Source: Octopus sinensis (Eukaryota). From it: a stretch of DNA of 64,000 nucleotides. Numbering within the stretch: position 1 is the first letter of the stretch; each line of letters starts with the position of its first letter. The notes below the pieces were generated by a model that worked only from the letters and a program-made list of their open reading frames with translations, did not search any database and was not told the DNA's origin. This document shows, in pieces, positions 1-12,539 of this stretch. The stretch lies in assembly GCF_006345805.1 (NCBI RefSeq), contig NW_021832385.1, forward strand, positions 2,444 to 66,443, in the 5' to 3' direction. A program made the position numbers and the translations under genes.

Positions 1-640
1 CCGAAGCATTAATCAGAGGGAGATTAATTATAATTTCAACAATTGAGGGCAAAATTAATTAATTATTAATCAATTTCACCAAGTGTTCAGTATGCAAAGG
101 GACCATTCAAGGCGAATTCAAATTATTACATTATATAAAAGGGCTTAGTAAAATAAATTACTTTGCCGCATACTGAACTCATTAGAAATAGCAGCTAAAA
201 AACTTTTTTAAAGCTATTTCTAATACTTAAAGAAAATCTCTCTCATATATAGTGTTTGCTTAATTCAACTCACAAAAGTTTGGGGGTAAGGACATCGAAA
301 AATCAAATGCTAAGGTTATTGAGAACGTACGTTTCAAGATTAGTCAAAAACAACACTTCTATCATCAGCTCAGAAATTCCTTGGTTTGGATTTGGAAACA
401 CTGAAAATAAGAACATACCCTTCGAAGATCTGCTCGTAACTAACAGTGTCAACAAATTCAAATAAGCAAGCGAAGAATCTCTGTTCTCCCCTTTCCACCA
501 GCGTGGGTTAAAATCATCAAACACTATGCTTATTTCGGTAAAATCCGAAGCATTAATCAGAGGGAGATTAATTATAATTTCAACAATTGAGGGCAAAATT
601 AATTAATTATTAATCAATTTCACCAAGTGTTCAGTATGCA
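1..640 (-). repeat. HHR-bearing ~544 bp tandem repeat (family F544), left arm, ~1.2 units
   Basis: ccgaagcattaatcagaggg at 1 recurs at 545; HHR motif on the minus strand; inverted relative to 671-1697. Confidence 0.9.
320..372 (-). ncRNA. Type I hammerhead ribozyme (F544)
   Basis: Reverse complement reads tgag CTGATGA [26 nt] GAAA cgtacg TT ctca; palindromic stem III, GUU triplet. Confidence 0.75.
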
Positions 641-913
641 TAATTAATGTATTAATTAATTAATTAATTAATGTATTAATTAATTAATTTTGCCCTCAAT
701 TGTTGAAATTATAATTAATCTCCCTCTGATTAATGCTTCGGATTTTACCGAAATAAGCATAGTGTTTGATGATTTTAACCCACGCTGGTGGAAAGGGGAG
801 GAGAGACAGATTCTTCGCTTGCTTATTTGAATTTGTGACACTGTTAGTTACGAGCAGATCTTCGAAAGGGTATGTTCTTATTCAGTGTTTCCAAATCCAA
901 ACCAAGGAATTTC

Positions 914-964
914 TGAGCTGATGATGAAGTGTTTGTTTTGACTAATCTTGAAACGTACGTCTCA
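914..964 (+). ncRNA. Hammerhead ribozyme (F544), variant copy
   Basis: tgag CTGATGA...GAAAcgtacgtctca; one T fewer at the cleavage site than the other two copies. Confidence 0.6.
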
Positions 965-1458
965 AATAACCTTAGCATTTGATTTTCGATGTTCCTTACC
1001 CCCAAACTTTTGTGAGTTGAATTAAGCAAACACTTATATGAGAGAGATTTTCTTTAAGTATTAGAAATAGCTTTAAAAAAGTTTTTTTTTTAGCTGCTAT
1101 TTCTAATGAGTTCAGTATGCGGCAAAGTAATTTATTTTACTAAGCCCTTTTTATAATGTAATAATTTGAATTCGCCTTGAATGGTCCCTTTGCATACTGA
1201 ACACTTGGTGTGAATTGATTAATAATTAATTAATTTTGCCCTCAATTGTTGAATTATAATTATCTCCCTCTGATTAATGCTTCGGATTTTACCGAAATAA
1301 GCATAGTGTTTGATGATTTTAACCCACGCTGGTGGAAAGGGGAGAACAGAGATTCTTCGCTTGCTTATTTGAATTTGTTGACACTGTTAGTTACGAGCAG
1401 ATCTTCGAAAGGGTATGTTCTTATTTTCAGTGTTTCCAAATCCAAACCAAGGAATTTC

Positions 1459-1511
1459 TGAGCTGATGATAGAAGTGTTGTTTTTGACTAATCTTGAAAC
1501 GTACGTTCTCA
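1459..1511 (+). ncRNA. Type I hammerhead ribozyme (F544)
   Basis: tgag CTGATGA tagaagtgttgtttttgactaatctt GAAA cgtacg TT ctca. Confidence 0.8.
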
Positions 1512-1693
1512 AATAACCTTAGCATTTGATTTTTCGATGTCCTTACCCCCAAACTTTTGTGAGTTGAATTAAGCAAACACTATATATGAGAGAGATTTTC
1601 TTTAAGTATTAGAAATAGCTTTAAAAAAGTTTTTTAGCTGCTATTTCTAATGAGTTCAGTATGCGGCAAAGTAATTATTTTACTAAGCCCTTT

Positions 1694-1697
<4 letters not shown>

Positions 1698-1738
<41 letters not shown>

Positions 1739-1889
1739 TCAATATATACACATATATATAATATATATATATACACACACATACGCATACACACACATAT
1801 ACATATATATACACTACACGCACATACACATGTACATGCGTACCCATACACACACACACACACGCGCGCGCGCATCCATATATACACAT
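1698..1889. repeat. (TA)n/(CA)n compound microsatellite
   Basis: Visible dinucleotide runs. Confidence 0.95.
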
Positions 1890-3985
1890 AAGTACCAAAA
1901 AGCCCTCATTAGACGGACTGATGAGTTCATCAAAAGAATTCGATGGAGATCGTTCTTCTTCGACCATCCTGATGTAGCATCTACCAGTAATGATAAGTAC
2001 GGCTTCAAATCAAATAAGGCCCCTCCTACCAACAGCCTACTTGAACCGTTTGAAGAAGACCTCTTCCTCATGAAAAAAACATCAATTCAGGAGAGTCAAC
2101 CTACCTTTCCAAACGGAACTGAATGAGAAGCTTTCGAAAATGAAAAGCTCCCAGAACCTCCATGTCCCTTCGGACAAGACAAAAAATATTTACGCGGTGA
2201 CTCCGGATACCTACAACAGACTAGCCGATAACGCCATCACAGCTAAGTACAAGAAAGTAGACGACGCAGCGCTAACTGAAACCAATTTAGCCGGGAAAGA
2301 GATTTCCACCTCCCTTAAAATCGATGACCGAACCGAACCCCTGAGGGTGAAGTCCCCACACTTCACCCTGAAAGACCACAAAGACCATTTCGAAAATAAA
2401 CCGTCGGTCCGTTTGATTAACCCAACCAAGTCTGACATCGGATCCGTCAGCAAGAAGATCCTGGACAGGATTTTACCAAAAATGCGTGAAGCTTCACCCC
2501 TTCCACTCTGGAATAGGACCTCCGAGGCAATAACCTGGTTCGGGATTTACCTGATAAAAGCAACACCCGATTCCTACAACTGGATATCGAGGATTACTAC
2601 GCCTCCATATCGGAGAGCTTGCTGATCGACGCGATTAACTTCGCCAGGAGGTCTTCACCGAGGCCGAGCAAGATGTGATCCTCCACGCACGTAAGACTTT
2701 TCTTTTCTATGACGGATCCCACTGGATCAACAAAAAATCTGTGACCCCTTCGACGTCAGCATGGGTGCTAACGACTCTGCTGAAATAAGTGACTAGTGGG
2801 CCTTTTCATCCTCCATAGGCTGAAAACCTATTCACAGGCCTCTCCGGTAGTCTTTACCGCGATGACGGCCTTTTCGCCCTCCACAAATAAACCCCAGGAC
2901 CACGGATGGGTTCCGGAAAAATCTTTACACCTTCTTAAAAACTTAGGCCTTAGGATTACCTTAGAATCCAACTTAACTAAAGCTAACTTCCTTGATGTCA
3001 CCCTCGACTTAAAAACCTCACTTATTACCCGTACCACAAACCGAATGAATCCCTTAAATATATAGATATTAATCCAACCACCCCCAAAATATATTAGATA
3101 ACCTAGTAAAAAGTGTCTCAATTAGAATTTCTAGCCTGTCCGCCACGGAAGATATCTTTAAGGCCGCAGCCCCCTATTACAACGAGGCCCTGGCCCGCAG
3201 GCTTCAAAGATAAGATTACCTATACTAGTATAGCCCCACGCCAACCCAGGAAAAATAGACGAAGACACATTAGCTGGTACAACCGTGAGGTCGCTACACT
3301 GTAGAAAAATCTTCTTCACTCTCCTACAGAAACACTTCCCCACCCAACATAAGTACTACACTATCCTAAATAAGAACACTATTAGACTCTCCTACTCTAC
3401 CACGCCCAATCTAGCCAGGAACCTAGCCAACAACAATGTGAAAAACTTAACATATCTACTTTTTCCGAGCCCCATCCAACGTCCGATAGCAATTGCAACT
3501 GCCCTGATAAAACCACCTGCCCCCTCAACAACAACTGCCTACAGAGGGACCTAGTATATACATGCGAGGTAAGATCAGGCCCTGACGATAAAAGAAAATC
3601 CTACATCGAATGACGTCAAACAGCTTTAAGACCCGTTGGTACGCACACACACACTCGTTCCGGCGACAGGAAAATCCAACCAAACTACCCTCGCCGGCAC
3701 ATCTGGTACCTTAAAAGGAACTCCATCCCCTTCAAGACCAAGTGGAAACTACTACAGAAGGCGCGCTCGTACACAGGAGGCCATACTGCTGTGACCTCTG
3801 CATATCGGAGAGCCTAGAGATCTTGTTCGCCAAAGGCCCTCTCTTAACAAAATCTCAGAACACTCCCAAATTGTATGCATAAGAAGTATGCGAACTACAA
3901 GAACTATAGACCTACCCGGCAACCAGATTGATGACACCCCCCCCAAATCCCACCGTTCCCCTAGCACCCCCGATTACCTTTTCTC
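1890..3985 (+). mobile_element. Naiad-type PLE 1: RT + GIY-YIG, frameshifted, slightly 5'-truncated
   Basis: Fragments FIKRIRWRSFF, SDKTKNIY, TLKDHKDHF..RLINPTKSDIG, FDVSMGANDSAE, LYRDDG, CNCPDKTTCPLNNNCL, LVY..SYI, CDLC. Confidence 0.9.
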
Positions 3986-4787
<802 letters not shown>

Positions 4788-4796
4788 TATAGAAGG

Positions 4797-4846
4797 AGCT
4801 TCTACAGGACTAGAACTGTTTCATTCAAGAGAATCTTCAGGAAGCT
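4797..4846 (-). ncRNA. Type I hammerhead ribozyme (F200)
   Basis: Reverse complement of the 5133-5183 motif, with one T fewer in stem II. Confidence 0.65.
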
Positions 4847-5132
4847 AGTTAACAAGAATTGTATTGGCATTTATACATTTAGGCAGGTTTAACGGGGTGT
4901 TGGTGGGGGACTTTTTTGGGGTAGGCATAGCGCAAAATATCATACTTGGGGGAGTGGTCAAGGAGTCAGTGTTAAATTAGATAGACGTCAAACTAATATC
5001 TAATTTAACACTGACTCCTTGACCACTCCCCCAAGTATGATATTTTGCGCTATGCCTACCCCCAAAAAGTCCCCCACAACACCCCGTTAAACCTGCCTAA
5101 ATGTATAAATGCCAATACAATTCTTGTTAACT

Positions 5133-5183
5133 AGCTTCCTGAAGATTTCTCTTGAATGAAACAGTTCTAGTCCTGTAGAAGCT
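5133..5183 (+). ncRNA. Type I hammerhead ribozyme (F200)
   Basis: agcttc CTGAAGA tttctcttgaat GAAA cag ttctagtc ctg TA gaagct; 6-bp stem I, GUA triplet. Confidence 0.8.
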
Positions 5184-5264
5184 CCTTCTATATAATAAAT
5201 TAATTTTACTCTGCTATGTATTGAGTACCTTATTTACTGTGCTTAACCCCGAATCAACCCGGGA

Positions 5265-5650
5265 CCTACATATATATATATATATGCATATATGTATGTG
5301 TGTGTATATGTGTATTATGTATGTGTATGTTTATATATATGTATGTATATGTATATGTATGTGTGTGTGTATATGTATATATGTGTATATATATGAGTGT
5401 ACGCGAGTATGTCGATGTATATGTAGGTATGTAGAGTTATGTATGTGCAGGTATGTGAGTGTAGATACAAATTGTAGATGTGTATATATATGTATGTGTA
5501 TATATACATGTATATAGGTATATGTATGTGTGTGTATATATATATATATATATATGTATATGCGAGTATGTAGAGATATAAGTATGTGCATGTGTATATG
5601 TATATGTGTGTATATATATGTATGGGTATGTGTATGTGTATGTATGTATG

Positions 5651-5685
<35 letters not shown>

Positions 5686-5842
5686 GTATGCATATACGTA
5701 TGTATGTATGTATGTATGTATATGTGTATGTATATATGTGTGTAAGTGTGTGTATATATGTAAATGTAAGTGTGTGTGCTTGTATGAGAATGTATGTATG
5801 TTTGCACACATGTATATATGTGTGTGTATGTGTATATGTATA

Positions 5843-5889
<47 letters not shown>

Positions 5890-6165
5890 ATGTGTATGTA
5901 TATATATATGTGTATGTGTGTGTGTATACATGTGTGTATGTGTATGTATGTATGTATATATATGCGTGTGTATGTGTATGTGTATATGTACATATACGCG
6001 TACGCTCGTGTGTTTATGTATATGTAGGTACGTAGAGTTATCTATGTGTGTATTTATATGTACATGTGTGTAAGTATGTATATATATGTATATATGTATG
6101 TGTATGTGTGTGTATATATATATGTATGTATATGTGTATGTGTATGTGATGTGTATGTGTAATAG

Positions 6166-6211
<46 letters not shown>

Positions 6212-6453
6212 ATATATATATGTGTGTAAGTTTAACGTATGTATCCGTCTATATATAGGTAACTGCACGTACATATATTAATATTTATTATTTATTTTTT
6301 GAGTATGCATGTAAGTATGAATATAAGGAGGCGCGTGTGTGGGTGTGTGTATGCGTACGCATGTACATGTGTATGTGCGTGTAGTGTATATATATGTATA
6401 TGTGGGTGTATGCGTATGTGTGTATAATATGTATATATATGTGTATATATATG

Positions 6454-6499
<46 letters not shown>

Positions 6500-6903
6500 A
6501 TGTATGTAGGTGTATATGTATGTGTGTGTATTTATATTTATTGGTGTATATATATAGACTAGCCTTCTAAGAGTGTAGACATGAATTGTAGGTACGCGTA
6601 CGTATGTGTATATACGTGAATGTATGTAGATGTATGTATGTATGAATATAACGCGTGCGTGCGTGTATGTGTATGAGTGTACGAATGAGTGAGTGTACGT
6701 GCTAAAGAGTGTGCGTGAGTGAATGAGTGCTTGTTTTCCAGAGAAGAGATAAATGGACTGGCTGTCATAGCCAGATGTTTGTGACCAAGCGGCCAAGATA
6801 TAACAAAAGTAATAAACGAAGATAATAAAATTAAAATTAGGGAATGGGTCTGTATTTGTATGTGTATATATATGTGTGTATGTGTAGGTATGCATAGGTA
6901 CAC

Positions 6904-6943
<40 letters not shown>

Positions 6944-7305
6944 ATATGTATGTATGTGTGTGTATATGTGTGTGTAGTGTATATATGTGTATATAGGGAC
7001 TAGTGTGCTGTGTGTGCATGTGTGTGTGTGGATATGTGGTGTGTATGCGTGTATGTGAGTATGTGTGTGTAGTGTATATATATTTTTCTGTGCGTATATG
7101 TATGTGTGGTCGTGTGTGTATATATACATGTGTGTATACGTGTATGCATGTGAGTGTGTGTATGTATACATATATGTGTATGTGTAGATATGTATATGTA
7201 TGTGTATGTGTAAGTGTATATTATGTATATATATGTGGTGTATGTATGTGTGTATGATATGTATATATGTTTGTATGTGTGTGTATGTATGTATACATGT
7301 GTGCA
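5265..7305. repeat. Long compound (TA)/(TG)/(TATG) microsatellite
   Basis: Visible low-complexity sequence. Confidence 0.95.
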
Positions 7306-7414
7306 TAGGTATAAGTGAGAATCTCCTTATTTACCTAAAACTCTATTCCCCTTTTTTTTTTTATATATATAGATTTTTTAATTTTTTAATTTTTTAATTT
7401 TTTTATTTATTCTT

Positions 7415-7613
7415 CTATCTAATTTAACACTGACTCCTTGACCACTCCCCCAAGTATGATATTTTGCGCTATGCCTACCCCCAAAAAGTCCCCCACCAAC
7501 ACCCCTTTAAACCTGCCTAAATGTATAAATGCCAATACAATTCTTGTTAACTAGCTTCCTGAAGATTTCTCTTGAATGAAACAGTTCTAGTCCTGTAGAA
7601 GCTCCTTCTATAT
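7415..7613 (+). repeat. Third F200 copy
   Basis: Near-identical to 4997-5193. Confidence 0.92.
7553..7603 (+). ncRNA. Type I hammerhead ribozyme (F200)
   Basis: Same motif as 5133-5183. Confidence 0.8.
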
Positions 7614-7703
7614 AATAAATATATATATATATAAATAAATAAATATATATATATATACATATATATGATATATATATATATATATCATATATATATATAT
7701 ATG

Positions 7704-7739
<36 letters not shown>

Positions 7740-7776
7740 TATATATATATATGATATATATATATATATATATAGT

Positions 7777-7786
<10 letters not shown>

Positions 7787-7812
<26 letters not shown>

Positions 7813-8790
7813 ATTTGGCTCAAAAGCAACTAGCAAGGCCATGTCGGGGGACATGGAGCTAAGCACAGGGTGGTGTTCATGTAAAGAGTTCAGGCCACTT
7901 GAGGTCCAGGGAGGCTTTGAACAAAGCGGTCGTCGGCATCTTCACCATCTCGTCTGGCAGCTTGTTCCACGGATTCGCAACCCGGACGGAGAAAGCTCCT
8001 CTCCTTCGATTGAGATGAAATCGTCGCAGGTAGAGCTTTTCGGAATGACCCCGCAGCCGATGCTCTGGAGCAGGAGTGAAGAACAGCTCTTTCGAGAGGT
8101 TACACTTTCCGCTTATGATGTTGTGGGCGAGAATGAGATCACCACGGCGGCGGCGTTTTTCAAGAGAATAAAGGTTGAGCGTCCTCAGCCTTTCTTCGTA
8201 GGACAAATTTTTGAGACCGTGAACCATGCGGGTAGCCAGCTTCTGGACTCTTTCGAGATGCTGTATGTCTTTGAGGAGATAAGGAGAAGAGGCTTGAATC
8301 CCATACTCAATATGGGTCTCACCAGCGTGACATAGAGTGGTAGGAATATGGCTGCTGTGAGCATTCCGAATGACCGCGAATCAAGACAGAATTCCGCGTG
8401 CTTGTTGGCAGCATGGACGCACTGAGCCGAAGGCGAAAAGGAGGAATCCACCAACATACCCAGGTCCTTTACCTGATCGGTCTCTCCAGCAGCAGACGAC
8501 CGGCCCGAAATCAAGTTGAGTTGCAGGAGTAGAGCCGACAGGCAGATGACAGCACTTTGACACGTTCAGACACAGGTCCCAATCGTTAGACCACTTCCAA
8601 ATTTGTGGAGGCATCGACGAAGATCCTCTATATTACCGCGAGGAGCGACCAGTTTGATATCGTCGGCAAATAGAAGGGTGTGTTGTGTGAGGTCGTCGGG
8701 CAAGTCATTTATGAAGACTAAGAACAACAAGGGCCCAAGCACTGAACCTTGAGGCACGCCACTGCTCGCACTGGAGATGTCGGACCGCGA
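7787..8790 (-). mobile_element. 5'-truncated CR1-like LINE (RT C-terminal part and 3' tail)
   Basis: [51 protein letters not shown]; (TAAC)n tail at ~7787-7812. Confidence 0.9.
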
Positions 8791-8810
8791 ATAATATATA
8801 TATATAGATA

Positions 8811-8878
<68 letters not shown>

Positions 8879-9023
8879 TATAATATATAATAATATATAT
8901 TGATATATATATATGTATACATATATGATATATAATATATATATACATATATGAGATATATATATATATATATGATATAATATATGTATATTGATATATA
9001 TATATATATTATATATATATTAT

Positions 9024-9066
<43 letters not shown>

Positions 9067-9360
9067 ATAGTTATCCGTAATAATGAAGGGTGAAATTAAT
9101 TAATTTGAAAAATTATCAATTACACCAAGTAGTCTTCGGCATGTAAAAGCCTCATTCGAGGAAAATTTAAGTAATACTAAGCAATAAGGGTTTAGCAACG
9201 AGTTGCCTTACCACATACCGAATTTAGAAATAGCAGTCAAAGGTTATAGCTATTTCTTCCACTAAAAAGGGAGATCTCAGTAAAAACAGCATTTGGAAGG
9301 CAGACACAACAGGTAAGAGAGAATGAATTGACTGCAATCTATCATACATTTTTTTAGTTA

Positions 9361-9467
9361 TCCACGGACGTACGTTTCGAAATCAAGTTTTAAGGAAAGC
9401 ATAAGAATTAAATATTAAATATTAAATAATTCTATCTTACCGAAACTTCTTTTCTCTTCAGCGTAGA
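9361..9467 (-). ncRNA. Hammerhead ribozyme with extended stem II (F597)
   Basis: Reverse complement of the 10554-10660 motif. Confidence 0.75.
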
Positions 9468-9956
9468 ATATATAATCATAAATGATTATATATTGAATTT
9501 TGAGATACCAGAAGGCACCAACTCAACTCAGTATCAGAGCGAGCTAGAATCCGCAACTGGTATCACCGAATTCAATTTGTGAATGAAACGATTGTGTCAA
9601 CAGCCCCTTCCACCCGCGTGTAGCCAAAACAAGATGCTGTGGTCATCTACTGAGATAAAATATGGTTATCCGTAATAATGAAGGGTGAAATTAATTAATT
9701 TGGAAAAATTATCAATTACACCAAGTAGTCTTCGCATGTAAAAGCCTCATTCGAGGAAAATTAAGTAATACTAAGCAATAAGGGTTTAGCAACGAGTTGC
9801 CTTACCACATACCGAATTTAGAAATAGCAGTCAAAGGGTTATAGCTATTTCTTCCACTAAAAAGGGAGATCTCAGTAAAAACAGCATTTGGAAGGCAGAC
9901 AAAAACAGGTAAGAGAGAATGAATTGACTGCAATCTATCATACATTTTTTTAGTTA

Positions 9957-10062
9957 TCCACGGACGTACGTTTCGAAATCAAGTTTTAAGGAAGCATAAG
10001 AATTAAATATTAAATATTAAATAATTCTATCTTACCGAAACTTCTTTTCTCTTCAGCGTAGA
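9957..10062 (-). ncRNA. Hammerhead ribozyme with extended stem II (F597)
   Basis: Reverse complement of the 10554-10660 motif. Confidence 0.75.
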
Positions 10063-10553
10063 ATACTATAATCATAAATGATTATATATTGAATTTTGAG
10101 ATACCAGAAGGCACCAACTCAACTCAGTATCAGAGCGAGCTAGAATCCGCAACTGGTATCACCGAATTCAATTTGTGAATGAAACGATTGTGTCAACAGC
10201 CCCTTCCCACCCGCGTGTAAGGCAACTCGTTGCTAAACCCTTATTGCTTAGTATTACTTAAATTTTCCTCGAATGAGGCTTTTACATGCCGAAGACTACT
10301 TGGTGTAATTGATAATTTTTCCAAATTAATTAATTTCACCCTTCATTATTACGGATAACCATATTTTATCTCAGTAGATGACCACAGCATCTTGTTTTGG
10401 CTACACGCGGTGGGAAGGGGCTGTTGACACAATCGTTTCATTCACAAATTGATTCGGTGATACCAGTTGCGGATTCTAGCTCGCTCTGATACTGAGTTGA
10501 GTTGGTGCCTTCTGGTATCTCAAAATTCAATAATATATTTTAGATTATAGTAT

Positions 10554-10660
10554 TCTACGCTGAAGAGAAAAGAAGTTTCGGTAAGATAGAATTATTTAAT
10601 ATTTAATATTTAATTCTTATGCTTTCCTTAAAACTTGATTTCGAAACGTACGTCCGTGGA
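10554..10660 (+). ncRNA. Hammerhead ribozyme with 76-nt stem II (F597)
   Basis: tctacg CTGAAGA gaaa...tttc GAAA cgtacg TC cgtgga; GUC triplet, palindromic stem III. Confidence 0.8.
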
Positions 10661-11146
10661 TAACTAAAAATGTATATAGATTGCAGTCAATTCATTCTCT
10701 TTACCTGTTTGTGTCTGCCTTCCAAATGCTTTTTTTACTGAGATCTCCCTTTTTAGTGGAAGAAATAGCTATAACCCTTTGACTGCTATTTCTAAATTCG
10801 GTATGTGGTAAGGCAACTCGTTGCTAAACCTTATTGCTTAGTATTACTTAAATTTTCCTCGAATGAGGCTTTTACATGCCGAAGACTACTTGGTGTAATT
10901 GATAATTTTTCCAAATTATTAATTTCACCCTTCATTATTACGGATAACCATATTTTATCTCAGTAGATGACCACAGCATCTTGTTTTGGCTACACGCGGG
11001 TGGGAAGGGGCTGTGACACAATCGTTTCATTCACAAATTGAATTCGGTGATACCAGTTGCGGATTCTAGCTCGCTCTGATACTGAGTTGAGTTGGTGCCT
11101 TCTGGTATCTCAAAATTCAATATATAATCATTTATGATTATAGTAT

Positions 11147-11252
11147 TCTACGCTGAAGAGAAAAGAAGTTTCGGTAAGATAGAATTATTTAATATTTAAT
11201 ATTTAATTCTTATGCTTCCTTAAAACTTGATTTCGAAACGTACGTCCGTGTG
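11147..11252 (+). ncRNA. Hammerhead ribozyme with extended stem II (F597)
   Basis: Same motif as 10554-10660. Confidence 0.75.
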
Positions 11253-12539
11253 ATAACTAAAAATGTATGATAGATTGCAGTCAATTCATTCTCTTACCTG
11301 TTTGTGTCTGCCTTCCAAATGCTGTTTTTACTGAGATCTCCCTTTTTAGTGGAAGAAATAGCTATAACCCTTTGACTGCTATTTCTAAATTCGGTATGTG
11401 GTAAGGCACTCGTTGCTAAACCCTATTGCTTAGTATTACTTAAATTTTCCTCGAATGAGGCTTTTACATGCCGAAGACTACTTGGTGTAATTGATAATTT
11501 TTCCAAAATAATTAATTTCACCCTTCATTATTACGGATAACCATATTTTATCTCAGTAGATGACCACAGCATCTTGTTGGCTACACGCGGGTGGGAAGGG
11601 GCTGTTGACACAATCGTTTCATTCACAAATTGAATTCGGTGATACCAGTTGCGGATTCTAGCTCGCTCTGATACTGAGTTGAGTTGGTGCCTTCTGGTAT
11701 CTCAAAATTCAATATATAATCATTTATGATTTAGTTTCTACGAAGAGAAAAGAAGTTTCGGTAAGATAGAATTATTTAATATTTAATATTTATTCTTATG
11801 CTTTCCTTAAAACTTGATTTCGAAACCGTACGTCCGTGGATAACTAAAAAAATGTATGATAGATTGCAGTCAATTCATTCTCTCTTACCTGTGTTGTCTG
11901 CCTTCCAAATGCTGTTTTTACTGAGATCTCCCTTTTTAGTGGAAGAAGAATAGCTATAACCCTTTGACTGCTATTCTAAATTCGGTATGTGGTAGGCAAC
12001 TCGTTGCTAAACCCTTATTGCTTAGTATATATATATTATATATATATGTATTATATATATATATGATATTTATATATATGATATATCTATATTATGATAT
12101 ATATATATATCCGGTTCCGTTTTTCAACAGAGGGAGACGTATTGCCTCTTCTCTGTGAAAAAGTTTGCATAGATCGGCGAAATAACCCCTGTAGTTGCAA
12201 AACGTAAAACTCTAAGTCATAGAGATCACTACAACACTTTGGTTTTAAAAATATTTTAAATATATATATATAAATATATACATATACACAGTAATTTTCA
12301 TTTTCGCCGAAACGCACATGGTGCAAAAATAACTGAATCAAGTTATCTCCTGCAAGAAAGAAAAAAGAAGCATCTCTCTGAAAAAAATCCCGTAACCAAA
12401 AAAAAATCCAGACCACATTGTTGATTAAGTATCACTTTCATCTATTTCATATTTTATTTATTATTCTATTTTATCCTTCACTTAGGCCCACATCTTAGTT
12501 AAAGTTGCGATCGTCATTTTGTTTGTTTACATTTTCAAT

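Larger units (their letters stand above)
671..1697 (+). repeat. F544 tandem repeat, right arm, ~1.9 units
   Basis: Reverse complement of the 1-640 unit, twice, after an AT-only palindromic centre at ~641-670. Confidence 0.9.
4788..5193. repeat. Near-perfect palindrome of a ~197 bp HHR-bearing unit (F200)
   Basis: Arms 4788-4983 and 4997-5193 are reverse complements around a 13 nt spacer. Confidence 0.92.
9069..10217 (-). repeat. HHR-bearing ~597 bp tandem repeat (F597), ~1.9 units
   Basis: gttatccgtaataatg at 9070 and 9665; HHR on the minus strand. Confidence 0.92.
10218..12027 (+). repeat. F597 tandem repeat, ~3 units, inverted relative to 9069-10217
   Basis: gtaaggcaactcg recurs at ~10217, ~10808, ~11401 and ~11992 (small indels); junction microhomology gta. 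Confidence 0.92.

Noticed and set aside
303-596. 97-aa ORF in the F544 unit
   Set aside because: TTG start, broken in the other copies, and not homologous to ORFs in the related arrays
3480-3900. Selenocysteine (UGA) codons or a SECIS element, as reported for some Naiads
   Set aside because: The Cys codons I read in the endonuclease are TGC/TGT, and I saw no convincing SECIS fold; the TGA ending ORF 22524-24089 is followed by another stop six codons later
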